A stretch of DNA of 64,000 bases. Origin: Clostridia bacterium (GTDB taxonomy: Bacteria > Bacillota > Clostridia > Oscillospirales > CAG-272). Positions within the stretch are counted from its first letter, which is position 1. Each line of letters starts with the position of its first letter. Below the pieces are notes generated by a model. It was not told where the DNA came from. It saw nothing but the letters and a program-made list of their open reading frames with translations, and ran no database searches. The stretch lies in NCBI GenBank assembly GCA_017466685.1, contig JAFTTS010000065.1, forward strand, positions 4,581 to 68,580. Reading direction: 5' to 3'. The translations under genes were made by a program, and so were the position numbers. Positions 36,652-44,893 of the stretch are shown here, in pieces.

Positions 36652-37840
36652 ATGTCAGTCCGCCCTGCATGAATGCTGTATAAGGCTCTCTCATAGGGCC
36701 GTCTGCCGAAAGCTCGATGGATGAGCCCTGTGTGAACGCTCCTGCCGCCATGATGACCTGATCGGTATAACCGGGCATATCCCACGGCTCGGGACTGACG
36801 TATGAATCAATAGGTGAACCGCTTTGGATTCCTTGACAGAATGCGACAAGACGTTCGGGCTTGCCGAGAATTATCGCCTGGATGATATCCGCGCGGCGTT
36901 CGTTCCAGCGAGGGTTTACGTCACAGCCGAGGGCTTCAAAAATATAAGCGGCGAAATGTGCGGTTTTGATTGCCTGTGCAACGATGTGCGGAGCGAAGAA
37001 GAAGCCCTTGAAAAGGCTCTTATTGTTGCCGAGTGACGCACCGCATTCGAGTCCCACGCCGACTGTTGTGAGACGGTAGCTTGCAAGCTCAACAGCCTTT
37101 GCACTTCCTGCGATATATCCGCCCGATTCGGCAATACCGCCGCCGGGGTTTTTGATGAGCGAGCCCATTATAAGATCCGCTCCGACTGCACATGGTTCCT
37201 TCGTTTCAGTGAATTCGCCGTAACAGTTATCAACGACGACGTATGCGCTCGAGCGTGCTTTGACGAATTTCGCAACCTCACCGATCTGATCGACGGTCAG
37301 TGTCGGGCGGTTCATGTAGCCCTTTGATCTCTGTAAAAAGACGATTTTTACGCGCTCGCCGCACTCGGTAAGCTGTTTTTCGATTGCGTCATAATCAATT
37401 TTTCCGTCCGCGAGATCGACCTGGCGGTATTCAACACCGAAATCGGCAAGTGAACCGTTACCGGGCTCTCCCGCGATGCCGATGACTTCCTCGAGTGTGT
37501 CGTAAGGCTTACCCGTCACGGAAAGCATGACATCATTCGGACGGAGCAGACCGTAAAGTGCGATTGCGATTGCCTGTGTGCCGTTAACGATGCTGTGACG
37601 AACGAATGCCGCTTCTGCACCGAACACCTCGGCGTAAATTTTATCAAGCGTGTCACGGCCTTTGTCATCGTAACCGTAACCGCTCGTGCCGGCAAAGCAG
37701 GAGTCGTCAACGCGATTATTCCTGAACGAATCCATAACACGCTTTGTGTTTTCAAATGATATACGGTCAATATCGGCGAAAATTTCTGCGAGGTCACGCT
37801 CTGCCTTTGCTGTAAGGGAAAGAAGATCTATGTTTGACAT
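36593..37840 (-). CDS. YnbB-like PLP-dependent protein (aluminium-resistance / Cys-Met-metabolism family)
   Basis: FAGTSGYGYDDKGRDTLD...RHSIVNGTQAI...GSLIKNPGGG pattern of the YnbB family. Confidence 0.7.
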   Translation of the reverse strand: MSNIDLLSLTAKAERDLAEIFADIDRISFENTKRVMDSFRNNRVDDSCFAGTSGYGYDDKGRDTLDKIYAEVFGAEAAFVRHSIVNGTQAIAIALYGLLRPNDVMLSVTGKPYDTLEEVIGIAGEPGNGSLADFGVEYRQVDLADGKIDYDAIEKQLTECGERVKIVFLQRSKGYMNRPTLTVDQIGEVAKFVKARSSAYVVVDNCYGEFTETKEPCAVGADLIMGSLIKNPGGGIAESGGYIAGSAKAVELASYRLTTVGVGLECGASLGNNKSLFKGFFFAPHIVAQAIKTAHFAAYIFEALGCDVNPRWNERRADIIQAIILGKPERLVAFCQGIQSGSPIDSYVSPEPWDMPGYTDQVIMAAGAFTQGSSIELSADGPMREPYTAFMQGGLTYESGKLGILAAAEKLLTVL

Positions 37841-37862
37841 TTTGTGAATCCTTTCTTTTGGC

Positions 37863-39269
37863 TTAAAAGTCGTTTACAAGTTTTTTGAAATAGTTACCGC
37901 GTTCCTCGAAGTTTTTGAACATATCGAAGCTTGCCGAGGCAGGGGAGAGTACAACGATATCTCCGTTCACTGCAGCGTTACGTGCCGCATTTACGGCGTT
38001 TTCAAACGTGTCCGCTTCGATTATTTCGGGCGTGCCGTTATATTCGGGTGCGCCAAGCAATGTGGCTTTTATTTTCGGTGCGGTTGCTCCGACGAGTATC
38101 ACCTTTTTAGTACATTCGATAAGCGGCAGTGCGAGCGGCTCATACGGGATGTTTTTGTCATAACCGCCGCAGATGACGATCAGCTTCTCTTTGAATGCAC
38201 GAAGTGCCGCCTCGGTTCGTGTCGGGCTTGAGTCTATCGAGCTATTGTAATATTTGACGCCGTTATATTCGCGGACAAATTCACAGCGGTGCTCAACGCC
38301 GCCGAATGTTGTCGCGATCTCGTACACGGTTTCACGGCTGACGTATCCCATGGTCAGTGCGATTGCGGTCATGTAGTTTTCGACGTTATGCCTGCCCGGG
38401 ATTTTTATATCGGCGGTGCGGAGTATTTCACTTATATTACCGTCGGTGTCGCGGTAAACGATACAGCTGTCCTTTTCGTAAACTGCGGCGTGTGTACTGT
38501 CGGGAGTACATTTACCCGAAAAGTATATAACCTCGGAATCGGTCATAGTCGCCATTTCGCGAGTGATGTCACAGCCGTAATTGAGCACGACACGTTTATT
38601 TCCCTCGCCGAGGAAGATGTTTTCCTTTGAAACGGTGTATTCGTCCATATCCGTGTGCCAATTGAGGTGGTTCGGTGACACATTGGTGATCGCGGCGCTA
38701 AACGGTGACTTTTTCATCATGTGAAGCTGGAAGCTTGAAAGCTCGACCACTGCGAGGTCATTTTCACGGAAGCTGTCGATCTCGGGTAAAAGCGGTTTGC
38801 CGATGTTGCCGCCAACCCACACGCGAGCGTCCGAGCCTTGCTTTTTCATTTCAAGCTCGAGCATTTTATACGTGAGTGTGGTGGTTGTTGTTTTGCCGTC
38901 GCTTCCGGTAATGCCGAAAATTTTGCAAGGGCAAAGCTCGAAGAAAACTTCCATTTCGGAGGTGAGTATCTTGCCCTCGGAAACGGCATTTTTGAACTGC
39001 GGCAGGTCACCGCGTATGCCGGGCGCTTTGAAGATGATATCCTCGGTGAAATTTTCAAGATAATCGTTTCCGAGCGTCAACGAAACGCCTTTCTTTTCAA
39101 GCGAATCGGCGAGCTCGGTCATTTTATCGTGAGTTTTGATATCACGAGCGGTCACTTTTGCACCGCACGTGAGCAGAAAATCTATAAGTGGCGTATTCGA
39201 CACGCCAATGCCGACAACTGCGACGTGCTTATCTTTTATATATTTCTTAAATTCGGTGAGTTTTGACAT
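37863..39269 (-). CDS. murD: UDP-N-acetylmuramoylalanine--D-glutamate ligase
   Basis: VAVVGIGVSN Rossmann N-terminus and the GITGSDGKTTTTTL P-loop. Mur ligase length. Confidence 0.9.
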   Translation of the reverse strand: MSKLTEFKKYIKDKHVAVVGIGVSNTPLIDFLLTCGAKVTARDIKTHDKMTELADSLEKKGVSLTLGNDYLENFTEDIIFKAPGIRGDLPQFKNAVSEGKILTSEMEVFFELCPCKIFGITGSDGKTTTTTLTYKMLELEMKKQGSDARVWVGGNIGKPLLPEIDSFRENDLAVVELSSFQLHMMKKSPFSAAITNVSPNHLNWHTDMDEYTVSKENIFLGEGNKRVVLNYGCDITREMATMTDSEVIYFSGKCTPDSTHAAVYEKDSCIVYRDTDGNISEILRTADIKIPGRHNVENYMTAIALTMGYVSRETVYEIATTFGGVEHRCEFVREYNGVKYYNSSIDSSPTRTEAALRAFKEKLIVICGGYDKNIPYEPLALPLIECTKKVILVGATAPKIKATLLGAPEYNGTPEIIEADTFENAVNAARNAAVNGDIVVLSPASASFDMFKNFEERGNYFKKLVNDF

Positions 39270-39359
39270 GATACACCTCGTAAAAATTTACTCATACATT
39301 ATATTATAGCATATTTGGAGAGAATTGTAAACGGAATTTTGAAAAAATCTGCGCAGAGA

Positions 39360-39395
39360 GCCCTCATCCGTCTTGCTTTGAGCACCGAGGAGTTA
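39360..39395. repeat. Solo left end of repeat family A
   Basis: GCCCTCATCCGTCTTGC is identical to the start of the full copy at 39454. Confidence 0.6.
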
Positions 39396-39453
39396 TGTAA
39401 ACGCTTCTGAAATGATGCTATCGCATGATACTAAAAGCTAAATTCACTGCTTT

Positions 39454-39585
39454 GCCCTCATCCGTCTTGCCTTACGGCAATCCACCTTCCCCCCAAGGGA
39501 AGGCTTTGGAGTTGATTTGCGGTGCAGAGTTACCAAAAGGCTTCCCTCGGGGGAAGCTGTCGAGCTTTGCGAGACTGATGAGGGC
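39454..39585. repeat. Repeat family A, full copy (inverted pair of about 55-nt units)
   Basis: Termini GCCCTCATCCGTC ... GACTGATGAGGGC. Internal hairpins CCTTCCCCCCAAGGGAAGG and CTTCCCTCGGGGGAAG. Confidence 0.8.
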
Positions 39586-39644
39586 AAATGCCGAAAAGAA
39601 AGGGAACTGCCTATATTTTTTCGTTAAGACAGTTCCTCATATTA

Positions 39645-39896
39645 TTATTTCGGAAATTTTGAATTTAAAAGATCGCCGGGTTCAACTTCAAGTGCATCTG
39701 CGATATTGTATAAAGCATCAAGCGATATTCCTTTAATCACATTGGGAGCCTCAATTAATGATAAATGTGTTCTGCTTATGTTGGCTTTTTCTGCCAATTG
39801 CTCTTGCGTTAACCCACGAAGCCTGCGAACATAGCCTATGGTTATGCCAAGCTCAATAAAGCGGTCACGATTTTTTATAGTGATTTCTTTTCTCAT
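39645..39896 (-). CDS. XRE-family HTH transcriptional regulator
   Basis: RRLRGLTQEQLAEKANISRTHLSLIE is a classic Cro/C1 HTH. Confidence 0.8.
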   Translation of the reverse strand: MRKEITIKNRDRFIELGITIGYVRRLRGLTQEQLAEKANISRTHLSLIEAPNVIKGISLDALYNIADALEVEPGDLLNSKFPK

Positions 39897-39975
39897 AATA
39901 TCACCCATTTCTTACTGGTATCATGTATATTATAAAAAATTTTTCTAAAAATATCCACGAACTATTAATTAGCTA

Positions 39976-40014
39976 TTGCAAATTAACATGAGCAAATGTA
40001 TAATATAATTTGCA
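39976..40014 (+). promoter_or_regulatory. Promoter of the DUF1273 gene flanked by a 9-bp inverted repeat
   Basis: TTGCAA (39976..39981), 17 nt, TATAAT (39999..40004). TGCAAATTA (39977..39985) pairs with TAATTTGCA (40006..40014). Confidence 0.5.
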
Positions 40015-40051
40015 TATACAAATAATTATTAAGCAAGGAAAGGTGATATTT

Positions 40052-40534
40052 GTGAAAGAAAATAAGAAGCAATATACAGTCTGTTTTACGGGACATCGCC
40101 AGATTCCAAGCGGCGAATATGAAACGCTCGCTGCTCGTCTGCGTGAAGTAGTCGCACGACTCATTGAGCGTGGGTTTTGCTATTTTGGAGTCGGCGGTGC
40201 GCTCGGGTTTGACACGCTCGCCGCAGAGACGGTGCTCGATTTTAAAGAAAAATATCCGTATATAAAGCTGATTCTCGTTTTGCCTTGCCGTGATCAGACG
40301 CGGTATTGGAGTGACCACGACAAGGAAAGATATGAGCATATTTGCAGTCGTGCCGACAAGGTAACGTGCTTTTATGATAAATACAGACGTGGTTGTATGC
40401 ATGAGCGTAACCGTCACCTCGTTGATCATAGCTCCGTTTGTGTTTGCTATCTCACACATTACGGCGGCGGTACTGATTATACCGTTTCTTATGCCGAAAA
40501 GCTCGGTGTTGAGATTATAAATCTCGCGCTTTAA
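40052..40534 (+). CDS. DUF1273 / YpsA-like SLOG-fold protein
   Basis: VCFTGHRQIP...GFCYFGVGGALGFDTLAAE signature. GTG 40052 has an AAGGTGA RBS, whereas the ORF opens upstream without one. Confidence 0.7.
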   Translation: MKENKKQYTVCFTGHRQIPSGEYETLAARLREVVARLIERGFCYFGVGGALGFDTLAAETVLDFKEKYPYIKLILVLPCRDQTRYWSDHDKERYEHICSRADKVTCFYDKYRRGCMHERNRHLVDHSSVCVCYLTHYGGGTDYTVSYAEKLGVEIINLAL

Positions 40535-41202
40535 GTGTTGCTTTTTATCATTTCGTGAAGTGCACCCAGTGCCGCCGCGAGTCCTCCAACCTCGTCAATG
40601 AGTCCGAGCGAAACTGCTTCTTCACCGTCGATTATTGTGCCGACATCGGTGGCGATTTCATCGGTGGTCATCATTAATTTCGTGAATTTTTTCTTCTCGA
40701 TACTGCTGTTTCGGCAGACGAAATCAGTGATGCGATCCTGCATTTTTTTGAGGTTTTCAAAGCTTTGCGGTACGCCGACGACGAGTCCGTTTGTTCGTAC
40801 AGGGTGGATCGTCATTGTTGCGCTTGGGACGATGAATGAGCGTTTTGCCGCGACTGCAAGCGGTACGCCTATCGAATGTCCGCCGCCGAGTACGATTGAA
40901 ACGGTCGGCTTTTTCATGCCCGATATCATCTCGGCAATCGCGAGTCCTGCTTCAACGTCGCCACCGACTGTATTGAGGAGAATCAGCAGTCCGCCGATGT
41001 CTTTGCTTTCCTCTATTTGACAGAGCAGGGGAATGCTCTGCTCGTATTTTGTGGTTTTTGTGGTGTCGCCGAGAACATAGTGTCCCTCAATTTGCCCGAT
41101 GATGGTCAGGCATTGTACGTCCGATTTGTTTGTGAGTACCGTTCCTGCTTTTTCAATTGAGTCGATGGTTTCCTCGGTTACGTTTTGGTTGTCGTTGTTC
41201 AT
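40531..41202 (-). CDS. ClpP-fold peptidase, TepA-like
   Basis: LNTVGGDVEAGLAIAEMI...LGGGHSIGVPLAVA...MTIHPVR resembles the ClpP/TepA S14 family. Confidence 0.7.
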   Translation of the reverse strand: MNNDNQNVTEETIDSIEKAGTVLTNKSDVQCLTIIGQIEGHYVLGDTTKTTKYEQSIPLLCQIEESKDIGGLLILLNTVGGDVEAGLAIAEMISGMKKPTVSIVLGGGHSIGVPLAVAAKRSFIVPSATMTIHPVRTNGLVVGVPQSFENLKKMQDRITDFVCRNSSIEKKKFTKLMMTTDEIATDVGTIIDGEEAVSLGLIDEVGGLAAALGALHEMIKSNT

Positions 41203-41273
41203 AATTTTGCTTCCTTTCGCCGTTTTTCATATAAATACGCCTTTAGTTTTCTCAAAAATCCACATTTTTATTA

Positions 41274-41302
41274 TTTACATTTGAAGAAATTTGTGGTACA
41301 AT
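41274..41302 (+). promoter_or_regulatory. Promoter of the pduL / NifU-like / GGGtGRT operon
   Basis: TTTACA (41274..41279), 17 nt ending in TGG, TACAAT (41297..41302). Confidence 0.55.
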
Positions 41303-41356
41303 ATTTATATATGGCAATTTGCAAATATAAATTTAATTTTGAAAGGAAATATTATC

Positions 41357-41932
41357 ATGGCAAATCAGGTACTTGTTGAAACATCCGCAAGACACGTTCA
41401 CCTTTCTGCAGAGCACATCGAAGTTCTCTTCGGCAAGGGTGCAACCCTCACTCACAAAAAGGATCTCTCTCAGCCCGGTCAGTTCGCGTGCGAAGAGCGC
41501 GTAACTCTCGTTGGCCCGAAGAAGCAGATCGCTAATGTTATCATTCTCGGTCCGGCTCGTCCCGCAACTCAGGTTGAGGTTTCCTTCACCGATGCAAGAA
41601 CTCTTGGCGTAAACGCTCCTGTTCGTGAGAGCGGCGACGTTGCAGGTTCGGCAGGCTGCAAGCTCGTAGGCCCTGCAGGTGAGGTTGACATTACAGAGGG
41701 TGTTATCGTTGCAAAGCGTCACATCCATCTCACTCCCGACGATGCTGCAAAGTTCGGCGTTGAGGACAAGCAGGTCGTTTCCGTTAAGATCGACAGCGCA
41801 GACCGCACCACCGTTTTCGGTGACGTTGTTTGCCGCGTAAGCCCCAAGTTCGCTGCTGCTATGCACATCGATACCGATGAAGCTAACGCTGCTTGCGCTT
41901 TCGGCGAAGTTTACGGCGAGATCGTTAAGTAA
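41357..41932 (+). CDS. pduL: Phosphate propanoyl/acetyl-transferase PduL
   Basis: Duplicated PduL motifs: ETSARHVHLS...GPARPATQVE and AKRHIHLTPDDA...RVSPKFAAAMHIDTDEANA. AAAGGAAA RBS before ATG 41357. Confidence 0.9.
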   Translation: MANQVLVETSARHVHLSAEHIEVLFGKGATLTHKKDLSQPGQFACEERVTLVGPKKQIANVIILGPARPATQVEVSFTDARTLGVNAPVRESGDVAGSAGCKLVGPAGEVDITEGVIVAKRHIHLTPDDAAKFGVEDKQVVSVKIDSADRTTVFGDVVCRVSPKFAAAMHIDTDEANAACAFGEVYGEIVK

Positions 41933-41996
41933 TTTTTACATATTTAGTCCGTTATATGGCAATAATATGAAATATTAAAATAAAGGAGATATAAAC

Positions 41997-42689
41997 ATGA
42001 ACTATACTCACGAAGTTGAACAGATGTGTTGTGTAGCCAAGGGTCCGAAGCACGGCCCCGCACCTATTCCCGAAGAGGGCAGATGGGTTAAGGCTTACGA
42101 AATCAAAGACATTTCCGGTCTTTCTCACGGTATCGGCTGGTGTGCACCTCAGCAGGGTATGTGCAAGCTGACACTTAACGTTAAAGAGGGTATCATCGAG
42201 GAAGCTCTCGTTGAAACCTGCGGATGCTCCGGTATGACTCACTCCGCTGCTATGGCAGGTGAGATCCTCCAGGGTAAGACTCTCCTCGAAGCACTCAACA
42301 CTGACCTCGTTTGCGATGCTATCAACGTAGCAATGCGCGAGATCTTCAAGCAGCTCGCTTACGGTCGTTCACAGACTGCATTCTCCGAGAACGGTCTTCC
42401 CGTTGGTGCATCTCTTGAAGACCTCGGTAAGGGTCTCCGTTCCCAGATCGGTACTATCTTCGCAACCAAGGAAAAGGGCGTACGTTACCTCGAAATGGCA
42501 GAGGGTTATATCCTCGAGCTCGGTCTTGACAAGGACAATGAGGTTATCGGTTACAAGTTCGTAAACCTCGGTAAGATGATGGATGCCATCAAGGCTGGTA
42601 CTGATCCCAAGGAAGCATACGAATCCAACATCAAGACTTACGGCCGTTATGATGACGCTGTTAAGTACATTGATCCGAGAAAGAACTAA
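41997..42689 (+). CDS. NifU/IscU-N-like Fe-S scaffold domain protein with an extra C-terminal domain
   Basis: GWCAPQQGMCKLTLNVKEGIIEEALVETCGCSGMTHSAAMAGEILQGKTLLEA follows the IscU pattern (three Cys). AAGGAG RBS. Confidence 0.6.
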   Translation: MNYTHEVEQMCCVAKGPKHGPAPIPEEGRWVKAYEIKDISGLSHGIGWCAPQQGMCKLTLNVKEGIIEEALVETCGCSGMTHSAAMAGEILQGKTLLEALNTDLVCDAINVAMREIFKQLAYGRSQTAFSENGLPVGASLEDLGKGLRSQIGTIFATKEKGVRYLEMAEGYILELGLDKDNEVIGYKFVNLGKMMDAIKAGTDPKEAYESNIKTYGRYDDAVKYIDPRKN

Positions 42690-42707
42690 GAGAGGAGGAG
42701 CACGAAT

Positions 42708-43718
42708 ATGTCTAACAATGTAAAATTTGAGGGTAAGGAAAGACGCCTTGCCGGTATTGAAGCTTGCCTCGCAGAGTACGGTATCAAGGATCTCGAGGAA
42801 GCAAGAGAAATCTGCCTTGCAAAGGGCGTTGACGCTGACGCTATTGTTAAGGGTATTCAGCCTATCGCGTTTGAGAACGCTGCATGGGCATACACTCTCG
42901 GTTGCGCTATCGCAATAAAGAAGGGATGCAAGAACGCCGCTGATGCTGCTGAAGCAATCGGTATCGGTCTTCAGGCATTCTGTGTACCCGGTTCTGTTGC
43001 ATCCACCCGTAAGGTTGGTCTCGGCCACGGTAACCTCGGCGCAATGCTTCTCCGTGAAGAGACAAAGTGCTTCTGCTTCTTGGCAGGTCACGAGTCCTTC
43101 GCAGCAGCAGAGGGCGCTATCGGTATCGCAAGAACCGCTAACAAGGTAAGAAAAGATCCTCTCCGTGTTATCCTTTGCGGTCTCGGTAAGGACGCTGCAT
43201 TCATCATTTCGAGAATCAACGGCTTCACCTATGTTTGCACCGATTATGACTTCTACACTGACGAGCTCAAGGTCGTTTACGAGAAGGCATACTCCGACGG
43301 TGACAAGGCGAAGGTTAAGTGCTACGGCGCTAACGACGTTCTCGAGGGTGTTGCAATCATGCGTCACGAGGGTGTTGACGTTTCCATCACCGGTAACTCG
43401 ACCAACCCGACCAGATTCCAGCATCCCGTTGCAGGCACTTACAAGAAGTGGGCACTTGAGAACGGCAAGAAGTACTTCTCCGTTGCATCGGGCGGTGGTA
43501 CAGGTCGTACACTCCATCCCGACAACATGGCAGCAGGCCCTGCTTCCTACGGCTTAACCGATACTATGGGACGTATGCACGGCGACGCACAGTTCGCAGG
43601 TTCGTCCTCTGTTCCGGCTCACGTTGAGATGATGGGACTTATCGGTGCAGGTAACAACCCCATGGTTGGTATGACCGTTGCTTGTGCTGTTGCAGTTCAG
43701 GAAGGTATGAATAAGTAA
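42708..43718 (+). CDS. GGGtGRT-motif family protein (function unknown)
   Basis: Contains SVASGGGTGRTLHPDN, the motif after which the uncharacterised GGGtGRT family is named. Starts 18 nt after the NifU-like gene. GAGGAGG RBS. Confidence 0.7.
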   Translation: MSNNVKFEGKERRLAGIEACLAEYGIKDLEEAREICLAKGVDADAIVKGIQPIAFENAAWAYTLGCAIAIKKGCKNAADAAEAIGIGLQAFCVPGSVASTRKVGLGHGNLGAMLLREETKCFCFLAGHESFAAAEGAIGIARTANKVRKDPLRVILCGLGKDAAFIISRINGFTYVCTDYDFYTDELKVVYEKAYSDGDKAKVKCYGANDVLEGVAIMRHEGVDVSITGNSTNPTRFQHPVAGTYKKWALENGKKYFSVASGGGTGRTLHPDNMAAGPASYGLTDTMGRMHGDAQFAGSSSVPAHVEMMGLIGAGNNPMVGMTVACAVAVQEGMNK

Positions 43719-43741
43719 GATTTGGCTTTGCCGATAAATAG
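43668..43741 (+). repeat. Direct repeat DR1 (last 17 codons of the GGGtGRT gene plus 23 nt downstream)
   Basis: GAAGGTATGAATAAGTAAGATTTGGCTTTGCCGATAAATAG recurs at 45327 and, from TAAGTAAG onward, at 47052. Confidence 0.85.
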
Positions 43742-43743
43742 CG

Positions 43744-43779
43744 AAACTCCGCTTCTGTTATGTGAGGCGGAGTTTTTGT
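43744..43779 (+). terminator. Terminator after the GGGtGRT gene
   Basis: 9-bp stem AAACTCCGC/GCGGAGTTT followed by a T-run. Confidence 0.75.
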
Positions 43780-43781
43780 AT

Positions 43782-44114
43782 TTATTCACCCAGTGATTCA
43801 AGATAAATCGAAAGTAGCGAGAGTGCGGTTTCTTGGTCCTTTGGGGAACAAGCGTTGAGCCGTGTCCATAATTCTTCGGAGCGCGCCGAAAGTAGTGGCG
43901 CATCCTCGGTTAATATTTCGTCCGGTGTAATATGCAATACCTCACATATTTTTAATACTGTATCTATACGCATATTTACTGTGCCGCGTTCAATATCTGC
44001 GTATGTTCGGTCGGCGATATCGGCAGCTTCTGCAACCTCTGCTTGTGTCATTCCCATGCGTTTACGCAAGGCAAACAGTTTATTACCAATCTTGTGTGAA
44101 TCAAAAATAAGCAT
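43782..44114 (-). CDS. XRE-family HTH transcriptional regulator
   Basis: LRKRMGMTQAEVAEAADIADRTYADIERG HTH. Divergent from the zinc-ribbon gene. Confidence 0.8.
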   Translation of the reverse strand: MLIFDSHKIGNKLFALRKRMGMTQAEVAEAADIADRTYADIERGTVNMRIDTVLKICEVLHITPDEILTEDAPLLSARSEELWTRLNACSPKDQETALSLLSIYLESLGE

Positions 44115-44163
44115 AATACCACCTCAAAATATTACTTTATAGGAAGTATACCACATATTTCGC

Positions 44164-44218
44164 TTGACAAATAGGAACTAATATGATATAATTATATGCA
44201 GAATAGTTCTTGCTATTC
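44164..44218 (+). promoter_or_regulatory. Consensus promoter of the zinc-ribbon/DUF2085 genes plus a downstream palindrome
   Basis: TTGACA (44164..44169), 17 nt, TATAAT (44187..44192). GAATAG-N6-CTATTC (44201..44218) lies just downstream of the -10. Confidence 0.55.
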
Positions 44219-44245
44219 GAAGTATTGATTTTTTGAGGTGAAAAA

Positions 44246-44893
44246 ATGTTTTGCAGAAAATGCGGAAAAGAAATTTTTGACAACAGCGAGTATTGCGAAG
44301 AGTGCAGAAGCTCATCTCAATCGGTCGCGCAAATGGATAACAATGCCACGTCACACAAGAAGTGCTGTCCAAAATGTAAATCTCGGAATTTACAGATAGT
44401 CACAAACACAGAATTTTCCAGCCAAACCAAAGGCGGCGGATATTCCACGGGTAAAGGATGTTGCGGATATATTTTGCTTGGACCGCTTGGTCTGCTGTGC
44501 GGCGGTTTAGGAAGCAAATCAAAAACCACAGTAACATCAAAATCAACAACAACTTGGACTTGTCTTGACTGCGGAAATAAATTCAGAGATATTGCGGATA
44601 TTGAAAAAGATATAGAATCCACATTAAGAACAGCAAAAATTTTTCCAATACTGCTTTATATTTTAGGAGCACTTACGCTTATTTCTGTACCAATGGAAAT
44701 ATTTAGTCTTATACAGTCGTTAGCCTTATGGGGGGGCATCGATTCGCGTGCTATCGCTGGAATACTTCTTTCTGCTATTCCTGCTGCTATTTGTATTGTA
44801 GGTGCTATAGTAGTGAAGCGTAATCTTAACAATCGCCTCTACGCCTTGTACGAGGAGAAAAAAGATATAGAGAAGAATGGATACACCGACTAA
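44246..44893 (+). CDS. Double zinc-ribbon membrane protein (function unknown)
   Basis: CRKCG..x..CEEC, then CPKC...CLDCG. Gly/Cys-rich segment GKGCCGYILLGPLGLLCGGLG and two C-terminal TM helices. GAGGTGA RBS. Confidence 0.6.
   Translation: MFCRKCGKEIFDNSEYCEECRSSSQSVAQMDNNATSHKKCCPKCKSRNLQIVTNTEFSSQTKGGGYSTGKGCCGYILLGPLGLLCGGLGSKSKTTVTSKSTTTWTCLDCGNKFRDIADIEKDIESTLRTAKIFPILLYILGALTLISVPMEIFSLIQSLALWGGIDSRAIAGILLSAIPAAICIVGAIVVKRNLNNRLYALYEEKKDIEKNGYTD

Noticed and set aside
39571-39600. A hammerhead-ribozyme-like string, CTGATGAG-GGCAAATGCC-GAAA, at the right end of repeat family A copy 1.
   Set aside because: The putative stem II gives only 2 to 4 poor base pairs. The GAAA lies outside the repeat, because the copy at 47519..47701 continues with unrelated sequence after GATGAGGGC. 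No matching cleavage-site strand is visible. I treat it as coincidental.
39425-39736. ORF of 103 aa spanning repeat family A and a terminator.
   Set aside because: The translation is repeat-derived (PSPQGKA, FPRGKL). It has no RBS and it overlaps the 3' end of the XRE gene on the other strand.
42369-43517. A 382-aa antisense ORF opposite the NifU-like and GGGtGRT genes. Similar long antisense ORFs occur at 3153..4019, 10861..11478, 22251..22991 and 60609..61610.
   Set aside because: Each overlaps a sense-strand gene that has strong family signatures. The translations are Cys/Leu/Val-rich and lack RBSs, which is typical of shadow ORFs opposite codon-biased genes.
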